From contig OX597830.1 of the NCBI GenBank assembly GCA_951406725.2, forward strand, positions 49,786,001 through 49,850,000: a stretch of 64,000 nucleotides of DNA, written 5' to 3'. The notes beneath the pieces are model-generated. The model did not search any database and was not told the origin of the DNA. It saw only the letters and a program-made list of their open reading frames with translations. Origin of the DNA: Octopus vulgaris (taxonomy: Eukaryota). The position numbers and the translations under genes are program-made. Positions 39,631 through 52,890 of this stretch are shown piece after piece. Numbering within the stretch: the first letter of the stretch is position 1; each line of letters opens with the position of its first letter.

Positions 39631-39670
<40 letters not shown>

Positions 39671-39735
39671 TATGTATATACATATATATACATATATATA
39701 TAAATACATATATATATATATACATATATATATAA

Positions 39736-39781
<46 letters not shown>

Positions 39782-39921
39782 GCATCTATATGCATATATA
39801 TATAAATATATATATGCATATATATATAAATATATATATGCATATATATATATATATATATATAAATATATATATGCATATATATATAAATATATATATA
39901 TATATATGCATATATACATAT

Positions 39922-39982
<61 letters not shown>

Positions 39983-40512
39983 GAGTTGTGATAGGGCGAC
40001 GCCGTAGTAGGATGCTATGCTAAGAGTAGTAAAACTGAGCTAGGAGGAAAGAATGAACAGGTAAAAGTGGGAGGTGGTACTTAGGTGATGGGTTTAGCTG
40101 TTTATCGATGGAGAAGAGTGAGAGATGGTAGAATAGAGCAGTGAAAAGAACTGTTGAGAACTGACAAAATGGAAAATTTAGAAACTGAAAAATGAAAAGC
40201 AAAAAGAGAAAAAAATATCAAAAACTATCTTAAAGAGAAAGAGAAAAATTAAAAACTTACAAAATTAAAAATGTAGAAAATGCAATTAAAAATGAAAGTG
40301 GAAATGAAAATGAAAAGATAACGAAAAACTGAGGTATTAATATGAATATATTTATGTGAACAGGAGGTCTTTGGAAATCCTCGTTTGAGAAAATCCCGAA
40401 AGTCTTTTTTATTTTTTCTCGAATTTTCAAAGTTTAAAGGTTCAGAAATTTCAAATTTAGAAACTTTAGAAAGTTTAAAAGGTCTAGCGGATAGTTATAT
40501 ATATATATATAA

Positions 40513-40560
<48 letters not shown>

Positions 40561-40779
40561 CGTGAGATAGACAGACAGACAGATGGATAAATAGATAGAC
40601 AAAAATATAGAGAGGACTTACTGTTGGCGTGGGGTCTATGTGTAGCTTTGTTGCTAGTTCTAGGGTTATTGAGTTAAGAGAGCGATTTCGCATCTATAAT
40701 CGTTTATCACACTTTTCCCTTTACACGGTTATTACTGCTGGCAGGTTCCGTTGGATAAAGGTTGCGATGGCAGAAAATG

Positions 40780-41163
40780 AACTTCCGACCGTCAAGTTCG
40801 TTCCGGCGGTTGAGGCTTCTTCCTGATGAAATTTGCCTCCTTTATTCGGAGATTGACTGTATCTGTTCCCCTGGTCAGTATCCGAGTGGAGAATTCTCCA
40901 TCGCAGTGTTGGTGGTGCTGGAATGCAACCCTGGGTGCTGTGGCCTTGTGAAAATGTTATTTCCCTCTGACATGAAGCTCTCGCATGGTCGATCCAATAT
41001 ATTTCTCCCCGTAAATACAGGTCATTTCATAAATGACATTCGTTGGAAACAGCCTGGTACTGTCCGTTGGTTGTATGGCCCTTTTGTGCCCATAGAAGCG
41101 CGCATGCCATTCTGGAGACATAGGTGGTGATGGTGTGTTCCTGGAGTTTCCGGGTGACAGCAT
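40780..41163 (-). pseudogene. GIY-YIG endonuclease relic of Penelope type
   Basis: TNVIYEMTCIYGEKYIGSTMRELHVR matches VIY...C...YIG.T.R.L..R. Confidence 0.8.
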
Positions 41164-42109
41164 ACTTGGGGCCTTTGCTCAATATCCCCTATTCCTCCAG
41201 GGTCAGTGTTCCGGTCAGGTCGGTGACCAGTGAGTCGCATTGCACTCCCTCTGGCTGATGTATGCTGTTAGTGAGGTGTGAGGTGAAGAAGTAGTGTCTG
41301 TTGTTTGTATATCCCTGGGTGGTGGTGTGAAAAGTGAGGGATCAACAGGGGAGTTGTTCGCATTTGGTGTAGGACATCTGTTTGGTGTAGTGTCTGCGCG
41401 TTACTAGGCTGATGTAGCTAACAAGGGGTCTGTCGCGTGGCCGGTGGTGTGCGGGGTTCACTGCGATATTAGTGTAGATTTTCCGGAGCGTATTATATTT
41501 CTCACGGATCATCTTGCAGAGGATGTATCTGGTTATGATATCACAGGGATCTGTAGGCATCTGATATCGATTGCGGCTATAGGTTATGTAGTTGACATTT
41601 CGTCTGGAATTGGCTCAGCCAGTATGTTCTGTCACGTTTACCAACGTGATCGCAGATTTTTTAAGTATAAGATACGTGGCCTGGAAGGGGCTGGTGAGTA
41701 AAAGATATTGGTATATCTCAGGCAACATGGGCGTGGTCTAGTACAGAGAGATATGACAGGGTGATGCTGTAGTAGGATGGTTAGAGGGGACACTATGCTA
41801 CGAGAAATAAAGCTGAGCTACGAGAAGATGAACAGGTAGAAGGAGGAGGTGATACTTGGGGGTGGGGGTTAGCGGTTTATCGATGGAGAAACCGAAAGCT
41901 AAGGGTGAAAGATGGTAGAATAGAGCAACGAAGAGAAAACTGTGGAGAACTGACAAAATGAAAAGTTGAGAAATTGGAAAATAAAGAATGGAAAATGAAA
42001 AACCAAAACAAAAAATATTAAAAACTATCTTGAATAAAAAGAAAATATTAAAAAGTTAAAAAATTAGAAAATAAAATTAAAATGAAAGTGGAAATGAAAA
42101 TGAAAAGAT

Positions 42110-42526
42110 GGCGCAGGAGTGGCTGTGTGGTAAGTAGCTTGTTTACCAACCACATGGTTCCGGGTTCATTCCCACTGCGTGGCACCTTGGGCAAGTGTCT
42201 TCTACTATAGCCTCGGGCCGACCAAAGCCTTGTAAGTGGATTTGGTAGACGGAAACTGAAAGAAGCCCGTCGTATATATGTACATATATATATTCGTGCG
42301 TGTATTTGTGTGTCTGTGTTTGTCCCCCTAGCATTGCTTGACAACCGATGCTGGTGTGTTTATGTCCCCGTTACTTAGTGGTTCGGCAAAAGAGACCGAT
42401 AGAATAAGTACTGGGCTTACAAAAAGAATAAGTCCCGGGGTCGATTTGCTCGATTAAAAGGCGGTGCTCTAGCATGGCCGCAGTCAAATAACTGAAACAA
42501 GTAAAAGAGTAAAGAGAGTAAAAGAG
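42110..42526 (+). mobile_element. Full-length SINE family A
   Basis: Complete head to (AAAAGAGT)n tail. Absent from the sister repeat at ~40320. Confidence 0.93.
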
Positions 42527-42678
42527 CATAAAACTGAAGAATTTGAATAAATGTATTAGTATGAACAGTGAACAGTGAGGAGGTCTTTGCTAATCCTCGT
42601 TTAAGAAGACCCAGAAAGTCTTTTTCCCAAATTTTCGAAGTTCAAAGGTTCTGAAGTTTCAAAAGTTTAGAAAATTTA

Positions 42679-43095
42679 GGCGTAGGAGTGGCTGTGTGGT
42701 AAGTAGCTTGCTTACGAACTACATGGTTCCGGGTTCAGTCCCACTGCGTGGCACCTTGGGCAAGTGTCTTCTACTATAGCCTCGGGCCAACCAAAGCCTT
42801 GTGAGTGGATTTGGTAGATGGAAACTGAAAGAAGCCCGTCGTATATATGTCTATGTATATCTATATGTATGTGTGTGTATATGTTTGTGTGTCTGTGTTT
42901 GTCCCTCCCACGTCGCTTCACAACCGATGCTGGTGTGTTTACGTCCCCGTAACTTGGCGGTTCGGCAAAAGAGACCGACAGAATAAGTACTAGGCTTACA
43001 AAGAATAAGTTCTGGAGTCGATGTGCTCGACTAAAGGCGGTGCCCCAGCATGGCCACAGTCAAATGACTAAAACAAATAAAAGAGTAAAAGAGTA
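42679..43095 (+). mobile_element. Full-length SINE family A
   Basis: Complete head to tail. Absent from the sister repeat at ~40465. Confidence 0.93.
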
Positions 43096-43382
43096 AAATG
43101 TAGAAAGTTTGAAATGTCTAGCGGCTTTTGATAGATAGAGAGAGAGAGAGAGAGAGAGACAGAGATAGATAGAGAGACAGAGAGATAGATAGACAGACAG
43201 ACAGAAAGGCAATCAGACAGACAGACAGATAGATATATAGATAGATATATATCTTTTTTAAATATGGATGTATATATACATTTGCCGTCCAAATATACAC
43301 GTATACGCATACACTGATGCACCTGCCCTGCCAATATCCATATATGCATATATATTTATTCATGTCTGCATACATCATACCT

Positions 43383-43416
<34 letters not shown>

Positions 43417-43477
43417 CATGCAGGCACAGACACACGTGCACGCGTTCACTCACGCACACACAAACACGGGACTCCTC

Positions 43478-43540
<63 letters not shown>

Positions 43541-43909
43541 AAACTGCATATATACATTTGCCATAATATGATACGTGTATACATATATATTTGTATAGCT
43601 GACGTGCAAGCGATGCCATTTTCGCTGATATCCAACGTCGTGACAACATTTACCTTAAATCGAATTGATCGTTATAGAAATTCCATTTCAATATCAAATT
43701 TCAGTCTCTATAAATGATATTTCGCCAAGGAATAAATTATTCAACAATCTATTCGTGACTGTCTCACAATGGTTCTATAGATCCATAGTACGTCCGTGGG
43801 AGGTCCATAAGAGATCTTTAATACCTCTGTAGTACTTCCATAGATGCATAGTAGATCCTACGTATATCGGTAGTTCTTACATACATTTATAATGGCTCCT
43901 TAGTTTATT

Positions 43910-44210
43910 GTTTGTTCCTTCTCGAGCCATGCCTGGCTCATAAGGGCCGGTTTCCCGGTTTTCTTGGCGTATAGGTTCCCCACCTGGACGGGACGCCGGT
44001 CCGTTGCAGGTGAGCTGCAAGATGCAGGAGGAAAGAGTGAGAGAAAGTTATGGCGAAAGACTCAGCAGAAGTTCGCTATTACCTTCTGCCGGAGCCGCGT
44101 GGAGCTTAGGTGCCTCGCTCCTAAATAAACACAATGCCCAGTCTGAGATTCGAACCCGCGATCCCTCGACCACGAGTCCGCTGCTCTAACCACTAGGCCA
44201 TGTGCCTCCA
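43910..44210 (-). mobile_element. SINE related to family C with a V-domain-like segment
   Basis: TSD CCTTAGTTTATT (43898-43909 / 44212-44223). Minus strand has CCTGCAACGGACCGGCGTCCCGTCCAGGT and head TGGAGGCACATGGCCTAGTGG. Confidence 0.88.
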
Positions 44211-44282
44211 ACCTTAGTTTATTCTCAGGTCCTTAGTACTTCCCAAGACCCATAAATAGCTAGTACCTTTATAAAAGCTTTA

Positions 44283-44570
44283 TAGATCCATACTACATTA
44301 CTAGTAGATCTGCAGTTGTATAGATCCAGTGTAACCATATGGTAGATCCACATATCCATACTACATTACTAATAGATCTATGGTTGTATAGATCCAGTGT
44401 AGCCATATGGTAGATCCATAGATCCATACTACATTACTAGTAGATCTATGGTTGTATAGATCCAGTGTAGCCATATAGTAGATCTATAGATCCATACCAC
44501 ATTACTAGTAGATCTACGGTTGTATAGATCCAGTGTAGCCATATGGTAGATTCATAGATCCATACTACAT
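44283..44570. repeat. 68-bp minisatellite, ~4.2 copies
   Basis: CCATAC(T/C)ACAT recurs at 44288, 44356, 44424, 44492 and 44560. Confidence 0.93.
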
Positions 44571-46878
44571 AGCTTGTTTGTCTAAAGTAGTTGTATAATT
44601 GACGATAAGCGGACAACAGAGTTGCCGTGATAGTTCTGTAGTAGCGCTACAGTGGTTATGTAGATATCTTGTTTGGAGACTTCTGGTTTTTAACTTTCTG
44701 TAAGCTGAGAAAGAAAGAGGTTGACTTAGAGAATGAGAGAAAGAGAGAGAGAGAAGCAGGCAGACAGACAGACAGAGAATGGTATCTCCACGGCAGATAT
44801 ATTAATCTCTCAATCACTTTTACACCAAGCCGATTCTGATTGAGCCGACCTTTAATCAAAGACAATCAAAGGTAAAACCGTCTCATATTTTATGTATAGC
44901 CACCATTTAGTAACACTCTCTCTGTTTTTGTCTCTCTCTCCCACTCTCTTTGGTTCACATATTAGCTTTTTAGACCAACAGCTATTTATATTAGATACAC
45001 AAATTCAGTATAATGATCACCTTAGATATGACCATCATAATTGTTGCCCATCATCTTAGGTGGAGGAAGGCACATTCTGCTTTGTGTTGGACGCCTAACA
45101 AAATTAATTTTACAGTTATCTGTGTTTGCACCATGTAAATAAATGTATTCACATCAGGATTTCCCAGCCTTCGCAATCAACCAAAGTAGAAAGGTTTTGA
45201 GTCGCGATAAACCCTAATTTATTTCACATGATCTCCTCGACATAATCTGTTTGACATAATCTTCTTGCCTTAATGTTCTTGGTATAATGTCTCTCCTGAT
45301 ATTCTGACATCTCCATAAGAAACTAGAAAACTATTTGGACCATACTTGCCGCTCCTATCGTGTATTCCTTCATATATTAACCAGAAAATGTTAAAGTCGG
45401 AAGTAACTCGAACATAAATGCTTCAAGATATTTTTTCTTCGACGCACCGATCCTTTCTGCCGTTCCTCTCCTTTAAACACATACCTACAAAGGTATGACA
45501 ATGATAATCAATTGCCGCCACTTCCATAATAATATATGTTCTTTAAAGATTGGTTTGCCATATAAGGTAAGAATTATGGACGTAAAAGTTGTGAGCATCA
45601 TGCCTTTCTATAAGGTCACTAAAGAAGTAACTGATATAAATTCCCCCAGGAAACGAACCTTGGACGCAACGGTACACTTGCTACACAAATGGCTTCTTTG
45701 ACATTACTCGATATAGAATCACTTATAGACAGACCTAGTGACATACTCACCTACACACACATACACACATTTGTGTAGGTGGTATGTATATATAATGCTA
45801 TCTATATGTGTATGCATGTGTATATATATATATACATATATACATATATGCATACATATACATAGACACATACAAATAAATATACATATAAGTTCACAAG
45901 TACATACATATATACATGCATATATAGATGCATAAGATATATTTATACACACACGTATATATAAGCACGTGTATATATATATATACATATATATATATAC
46001 ATATATATATATATGCATATATATATGAAATGAATTTCATTTATCTTGTAGCCTCTGGATATATACAGAAGAAGGCTATATATGTTTAACTTCATGAGTG
46101 TGTGTATAATCACGAATAGATTGAGTGTGTTTTTTTTTTCCTTTTCATGTTTGCCTCATTAAGACTGAATATTAAAGCTACAATTGACTGTATGTATGCT
46201 TGTCTGTGCATACACAGACACACTCATATGTACATACACATATACACACACACATCACTATATGCGTGTTTGTGCGTGTGTCTATGTGGATGCGTGTATG
46301 TATATATGTATGTTTTATGTATGTAAGCGTACATGTATGTATATGTATACACGCAGAGAAAGAGATAAGACAGCTGAAGGATTTCTGAGAGCAAGAGGGA
46401 AGTGTGTTTGGTTGCAATGGAAGAAAGCTAATCAGACAGTCTTTAATTTCCAAAATGCCTTTACTGAAGTAAATCTTGTCTCTAATTTTAGAGAGCTACG
46501 TGATTGGAGTAACTTATTCCTATTTAAACCATCCATCATGATTGCTATCCCGTTGGTAGTCTTCTGTAAACAACATACACGTATGACTAACAATAATAAT
46601 AAATAATGATGAGGAGGAGGATGTGGATGACGATGACGATGATAATGATTATGATGATGATGATGATGATTAGGAGGAGGATAAGGAGGTGGAGGATAGT
46701 GCAAGAGGGCCGGTCTAATCCAATCATGGGACATTGGAGAGAAATGCGAAATGTCGTGAGATTCTTATCTAATATGTATGAAAAGATGTTTTATTGGCTA
46801 ACAAATAATACGGTTTGGGATTGATAAATTTAATAATGAAAGAAATCAAACTAATGAAAATAAATTATATTTTCTCTC

Positions 46879-46913
<35 letters not shown>

Positions 46914-46920
46914 TCTCCAG

Positions 46921-47006
<86 letters not shown>

Positions 47007-47023
47007 GTCTATACACACACACA

Positions 47024-47065
<42 letters not shown>

Positions 47066-47068
<3 letters not shown>

Positions 47069-47232
47069 GACAGGCTTCTTTCAGTTTCCGTCTACCAAAT
47101 CCACTCACAAGGCTTTGGTCGGCCCTAGGTTATAGTAGAAGATACTTGCCCAAGGTGTCATGCAATGGGACTGAACCTAGAACCATGTGGTTGGTAAGCA
47201 AGCTATTTACCACACTGCCACTTCTGCGCCTA
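47066..47232 (-). mobile_element. SINE family A, 5' half
   Basis: Reverse complement of the head; stops at the internal microsatellite. Confidence 0.85.
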
Positions 47233-47242
47233 TGTTTGCATG

Positions 47243-47338
<96 letters not shown>

Positions 47339-47424
47339 ATATATATATACTACATATAGCTGTATAAACACACTCACGCACAGACACACAGACACACAAA
47401 CGTTCTTTGCCACTATACATGGCT

Positions 47425-48510
47425 ATCTTTCCAGCTGGTTAATGACACACAACCTGTGTCCAATATATTTGGAGTAAAACCAGGCAGGTGTCCAGTACCG
47501 ATGAAGGGTTAAGACCTAGAAACCATGATCTACTCGTCTTGCCTAGCTGGAGGGGAGTGATTCGCTCCCTCCCTTACTTACTCACAATATATTGGACACA
47601 GGTTGTATGGCGTTGAACAGTTAGAAAAGACGTTTTCCTTGTGTTAAAATGTAGTAACATAATCTTTGTATATAAAAGAGAGGTTGTGTGCTGTCTGTCT
47701 CCTACGATTTAGATTCCTAACTACTCCCACATTTTGCGGTGCAGTTTAACCAAAACCGGGTATCTTATAGTCGTGATTCATATCGAGCCCTGCTGGGTAT
47801 TAACGCGCGTCTACGATGAGTCTACGATTTGAAAAAAAAATTACCATCAATTTTTCCCATTTTTAATGCATTTTTGGCATATATAAGGGAAGTAACTCTC
47901 TAAAAATTTATTATTAAATCTCAGAACGTAAAAAGCTACAGTAACACCCCCTCCTTTGTGGTTAGCCATATTGAGATGGCTATTATACTTTACATCTCTA
48001 AAAATGCTTATATAGTTATTTCTCTTACAAACCCGAGCAACGCCGGGCGATACTGCTAGTTCTTTATAAAACCGCCATGTTATAGTTGCAAAAACGTTAC
48101 CGTCTAGTATTGTTACTACTTATGCTACGTTTAGAGGTTACAGAACTAGCTATTTTGCTCGTTACGAGATCGGTAGCTGTCTGCCGCTTCTTTGTTTATA
48201 TATTGTGAATAGGGAGGATTGACTGCCATCTCTAGCAGGCAGGTGTCCAGCACCGATGCAGGGTAAAGACTCAGAAACCATAGTCGACTGGTCTTGCCAA
48301 GTTGGAGTGCAGTTATTCGCTCCTTTACTCGCAATATATCGAACACAGATTGTGTGTGGTTAAGCAGCTGGAAAAGATGGTTTCCTGAGGTTAAAATGTA
48401 ATAACATAGCTCTTTATAGAGCTATGTTATAGTGACAAAAAAAAAACGTTATCGTCTTGTATTGTTACCATTTATATCTCGTTTAGAGATTTTAGAACTT
48501 GCTATTGATA
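47425..48510 (+). mobile_element. Tandem dimer of a 358-nt hammerhead-bearing foldback unit (retrozyme or Penelope pLTR-like)
   Basis: Cores CCGATGA (47498) and CCGATGC (48253), stem II GGGT-NAAG-AC(CT/TC), GAAA-CCAT(GA/AG)TC, stem I CCAGTA/TACTCG and CCAGCA/GACTGG. Confidence 0.7.
47663..48059 (+). mobile_element. Non-autonomous Helitron
   Basis: A|TC...CCCGAGCAACGCCGGG...CTAG|T. The empty site is visible in the sister unit at ~48405. Confidence 0.88.
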
Positions 48511-48525
48511 TATACTTATCCACAA

Positions 48526-48755
48526 GGCGGCGAGCTGGCAGAATCGTTAGCACGCCGGGCGAAATGCGTAGCCGTATAACGTCTGCCGTTACGTTCTGCG
48601 TTCAAATTCCGCCGAGGTCAACTTTGCTTTTCATCCTTCCGGGGTCAATAAATAAAGTACCGGTTACGCACTGGGGTCGATGTAATCGACTTAATCCCTT
48701 TGTCTGTCTTTGTTTGTTCCCTCTATGTTTAGCCCCTTGTGGGCAATAAAGAAAT
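48526..48755 (+). mobile_element. Full-length young SINE family B
   Basis: Highly similar to 38626-38857. Confidence 0.93.
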
Positions 48756-48969
48756 ATATATGTATACGGATATATGTCTCTCCCTCTCTCACTCTCCATA
48801 TTTGTGTGTGTGTGTGTCATAGTTAAAGAAGATATATATATATTGGATGTCCGACTACTACTATATGAATTAGAACTCCACGTAGATTATCATTGTCCAG
48901 TCGGTTCCCAATTCAGGGGTTCATCTGCTATTGTACGTAGCGGTATTTCAGAGCAGACGTAGTCGACAT

Positions 48970-49162
48970 TAAGATAGACACCATTATAAATATGTAGTTC
49001 CTACGTACGTTTCACCATTGCAGTTAATTAGAAATCAGTATTGGATGTTTATAGCAATGGATGATCAATTGCAGTCGGCACCCAAATGCACTTGAAACAC
49101 CCGATCCTGAGTTCCAATTAACTGCAGTGGTGAACTAAATTTTTATAAGGGTATTTATCTTA
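48970..49162 (-). repeat. Long foldback with a partial hammerhead junction on the minus strand
   Basis: Inner arms ~49011-49050 / 49095-49134 and outer arms 48970-49001 / 49132-49162. Minus strand GAAACGTACGTA-GGAACTA. Confidence 0.7.
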
Positions 49163-49663
49163 TTTTCCTATATATGTATATATGTACATATGTCTATGTC
49201 TATATATATATATATATATATGAAGTTGTAGATCCATTTTTAAGGTAGAATGATATATATATAGGATCCCAATTCCTTATGAGTAAAGTCCAGTGGGCGA
49301 TCCTCTTAATTGTCAGCTAACATCTTGTTTTAAATTTTCTTTTACCAAATCTTATGATATTGCTTCTAATAAATCTTGATTTTTATGACTATACCCATTA
49401 TCATGTCTGTCTGCTCCCTCAGCCCTACCCCTAACAGATACTGCCCTTTGTTCTCCCAGCCATATATATACAAGGGATTTGATAAACTAGTCTATAAATT
49501 AAAACTGACCCCATAAAAACAAAAAAAAATCAGTCACAGGCAGAGTCTGTAACAATGTATATCTTCTTGAAAACTTGGTAACTTCTTTGCTTAACGTCTT
49601 GGAGATTTTAGGTATAATCATACTAATGTGTCCATCTATTCTAATTTAATTAAATTTTATGTC

Positions 49664-49756
49664 TTTGTACAGATGAAGATTGCTCTGCATTTTAAATTGA
49701 TGTAATGATTGCATTATTCAATTAAATGGAGTTGCATGAAACGATCGTACTGCATT
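49664..49756 (+). ncRNA. Degenerate type I hammerhead-like motif with long stem II
   Basis: CAGATGA (49670-49676), CATTTTAAATTGA pairing with TCAATTAAATG, GAAA-CGATCG-TA (palindromic helix III). Confidence 0.5.
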
Positions 49757-49786
49757 ACCTCTGGATATCCTTGTTGCTTATTTTAA

Positions 49787-49860
<74 letters not shown>

Positions 49861-51329
49861 TGGATAGAGATATAGAGATAGATAGATAGACCTATGTATG
49901 TACGTATATGCATGTATGTAAGTGTATCTATGAGTATACATGTATCTGTGAATAAGGGAATAGGGAAGTTTGGGGCCCGGTAGGGTGTTTGGGGCTGTGG
50001 TTGTTTCTATGTAAATACATATGTTTGCTTTTGTGGGTGTTTACATCCTTTATCTGTTATCCCCCGCTGTTAATTTCGTCATTTACTGATATGTCAATAA
50101 ATCACATGACTAGACTTCGATTGCAATTAAGACTGTTTCTTAATACTTTGTGCTGAGTGATGTGCATTGCAGTTACTGCTTGTTACAAGTACACAGTGAA
50201 CTGGAGGGAAATTTCATACTTGCTTTGCCAATATAACAGTTGGAGTGGTGACCTTAACAATTTTCACAATTAGCCAATGTGTCCTTTCCTAAGACAGTGG
50301 GGCTGTCATTTAGAAAAGTGACTCAGTTGCTATTTCTAGGAGACTGAGTGACCAGGTCAGAGTTTCCTCATCGGTTCATAAGTCTACAATCCGCATACCT
50401 GGTGTATAACGTAAATTCTTATCATGGTACCTATTATTTTGACAATAATTTCCCGCATCCAGTCTACCTTCTCAGTTCAAATCCCACTGTTGCCAACTTG
50501 CATTTCCACGGTGCAAGGGGAAAGCAACATTTACTAGCTAAGTACTGAAATCTATTCCATTGATTATATGCCGCCTCTGTATCTTGAACATCTGATGTAG
50601 AAAAGAATTTCTATGTTCATGTTTGTTGTCACTCTTATTCAATATTGCACATTCTTTTAATGATTTACCCATTACCCCTGCAGCAACGACAGTGACATCG
50701 AGGCTTCGATGGGGAGATGAAATTAGAGTGAACCCTAACCGAAGCTGACTCCCGTACTTGTTGAAATAATGAAAGTACTGTTACGAATTTAACTAGTATT
50801 TTAATTGGGTTGGTGGGGCATATTTTACTAAATGTAAGCGTTATATGTGTATGTATGCATATGTACATATATATGTGTGTGTATGCATATGTACATATAT
50901 ATATGGATATATATATATATATATATGTATGCATGTATATATAGATATGTATATTTAGTATATATATATATATATATATGTATATATAAAGATTACACAC
51001 GCATACACACACACACATATAAATATATATATATAATATATATATACCATAGTTATGGCCGTTAAGTAATTATTTAACAGTGAATATATTAATAGCCTAG
51101 GCAAGCTAATGCATTTTTGCAGTTATCGAAAAATAATTTAATGAGATAATATCTTAATTAGATAAATTATTTTGTCATCTAATTAGTACCTTTCCAGTTG
51201 ACTCCATTTTTCTGCTAACGAATCGCTTAAAGAATAAATTTCTGATGATAAACTTCATTCAATGGCATTCTTTATAACCAGACTAGCTTCGACATTTATA
51301 GTATATGGCCCGAATGTGTGTATGTATTG

Positions 51330-51373
<44 letters not shown>

Positions 51374-52470
51374 GTTGCATGATTGTATACGAAATAAACA
51401 TTAAGAATGCTTATAAGGATATATAGGCATGTGTGTGAATGTAGATGTGTGCATTTGCGCCAGAAGAGATTAAAGTTTTTGATTGAATGAAGAGAAAATA
51501 AGCAATTGAGTGAATGGACGAGAAATAAGCCGAGTGAGGGGAAGAATAGAAAGAGAAAAATAAATATGTAGACATAAAGAGGTGTATTGGACAGTGGGAG
51601 TGGTTAGAGTGAGAGAAACATTTGAGGAGGTAATATATAGATAAAAAAAATATGTATATAAGAGTGGGTGACAAGTTTAATGTAATGATAAAGATTGAAT
51701 ATATTGATGCAAGTTTAATAATATATTGGTATATTATAAATAAATGAGTTAATTTAGAAAGAAAGATGAAAATAATAAATTCAAATATTTATATTTCAAT
51801 ATTTTAATTAAGACTTTTGTAATGAAGAGAAATTCAGGTGGAAAATGTGATAAAACGGAAAGTATGAAGCATTAATCTACGTCATTTAAAGCGGGGTGTC
51901 TTTTATTAGCCTTCATAGGAAAGGAACCTGTTCCATTGAAGAATTTAGCTTCGATTTTGCTTCAAGGAATCATTCGCTACGAAACTGTTCATTTTTATAT
52001 GAAAACGAGAAAACTGAAGAATGAAATGATGTTTTTAAGATGATATATTTAATAAAGAAAATATAAAAGCGCGGCATTAATTTTTATACGTCTTCGGCTA
52101 ATGCTTCAGCGCAATTTTCTAATTCTATATCAGCTCTTTTCCTTTTAACCAAATCCTTTTTACAAATCTTAATTCTGTAATCCTTTCTTGCATTTGATAG
52201 ATAATAGGCTATTAATTTTTATATCCATTCCACATTTAATCAGTCGGTATTATGGTTTTATAGAACTGGCACACTGCTAATAGAGAAGCAGAGGAAATGC
52301 CACGCGATATATTGTTGTAAATGCGCAGGTTATGACTTCAATTCTCACTAGGTTTCACTTCCGCTTTAATACTTCTGAGTCGATAAAACAAGGCACTAGT
52401 CATACACTGGGTGCGGTATAGTTGACCTAGCCCTATTTTCTGCATCCTTGTTATAAATCATTGTACTATA

Positions 52471-52633
52471 GGCGCAGGAGTGGCTGTGGTAAGTAGCTTC
52501 TCTACCAACCACATGGTTCCGGGTTCAGTCCCACTGCGTGGCACCTTGGGAAAGTGTCTTCTACTATAGCCTCGGGCCGACCAAAGCCTTGTGAGTGGAT
52601 TTGGTAGACGGAAACTGAAAGAAGCCCGTCGTA

Positions 52634-52666
<33 letters not shown>

Positions 52667-52890
52667 GCGTGTGTGTGTTTGTGTGTCTGTGTTTGTCCCC
52701 TAGCATTGCTTGACAACCGATGCTGGTGTGCTTATGTCCCCGTTACTTAGCGGTTCGGCAAAAGAGACCGATAGAATAAGTACTGGGCCTACAAAAAGAA
52801 TAAGTCCCGGGGTCGAGTTGCTCGATTAAAGGCGGTGCTCCAGCATGGCCGCAGTCAAATGACTGAAACAAGTAAAAGAGTAAAAGAGTA
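52471..52890 (+). mobile_element. Full-length young SINE family A
   Basis: tRNA-like head with B-box GGTTCAGTCCC, CORE-like ACCTTGGG.AAGT, internal (TA)n(TG)n and (AAAAGAGT)n tail. Confidence 0.94.

Larger units (their letters stand above)
39980..43130 (-). mobile_element. Penelope-like element relic: GIY-YIG region between two ~500-bp direct repeats
   Basis: Repeat 1 is ~39980-40490. Repeat 2 is ~41745-43130 and is split by two SINEs. Confidence 0.6.

Noticed and set aside
42572-42625. GTGAGGA-GGTCTT...AAGACC-CAGAAA as a hammerhead in the direct repeat
   Set aside because: No stem I or helix III, not preserved in the sister repeat, and opposite to the GIY-YIG strand.
44283-44570. CRISPR-like periodicity
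   Set aside because: Whole units repeat with no unique spacers, the context is eukaryotic and there are no cas genes.
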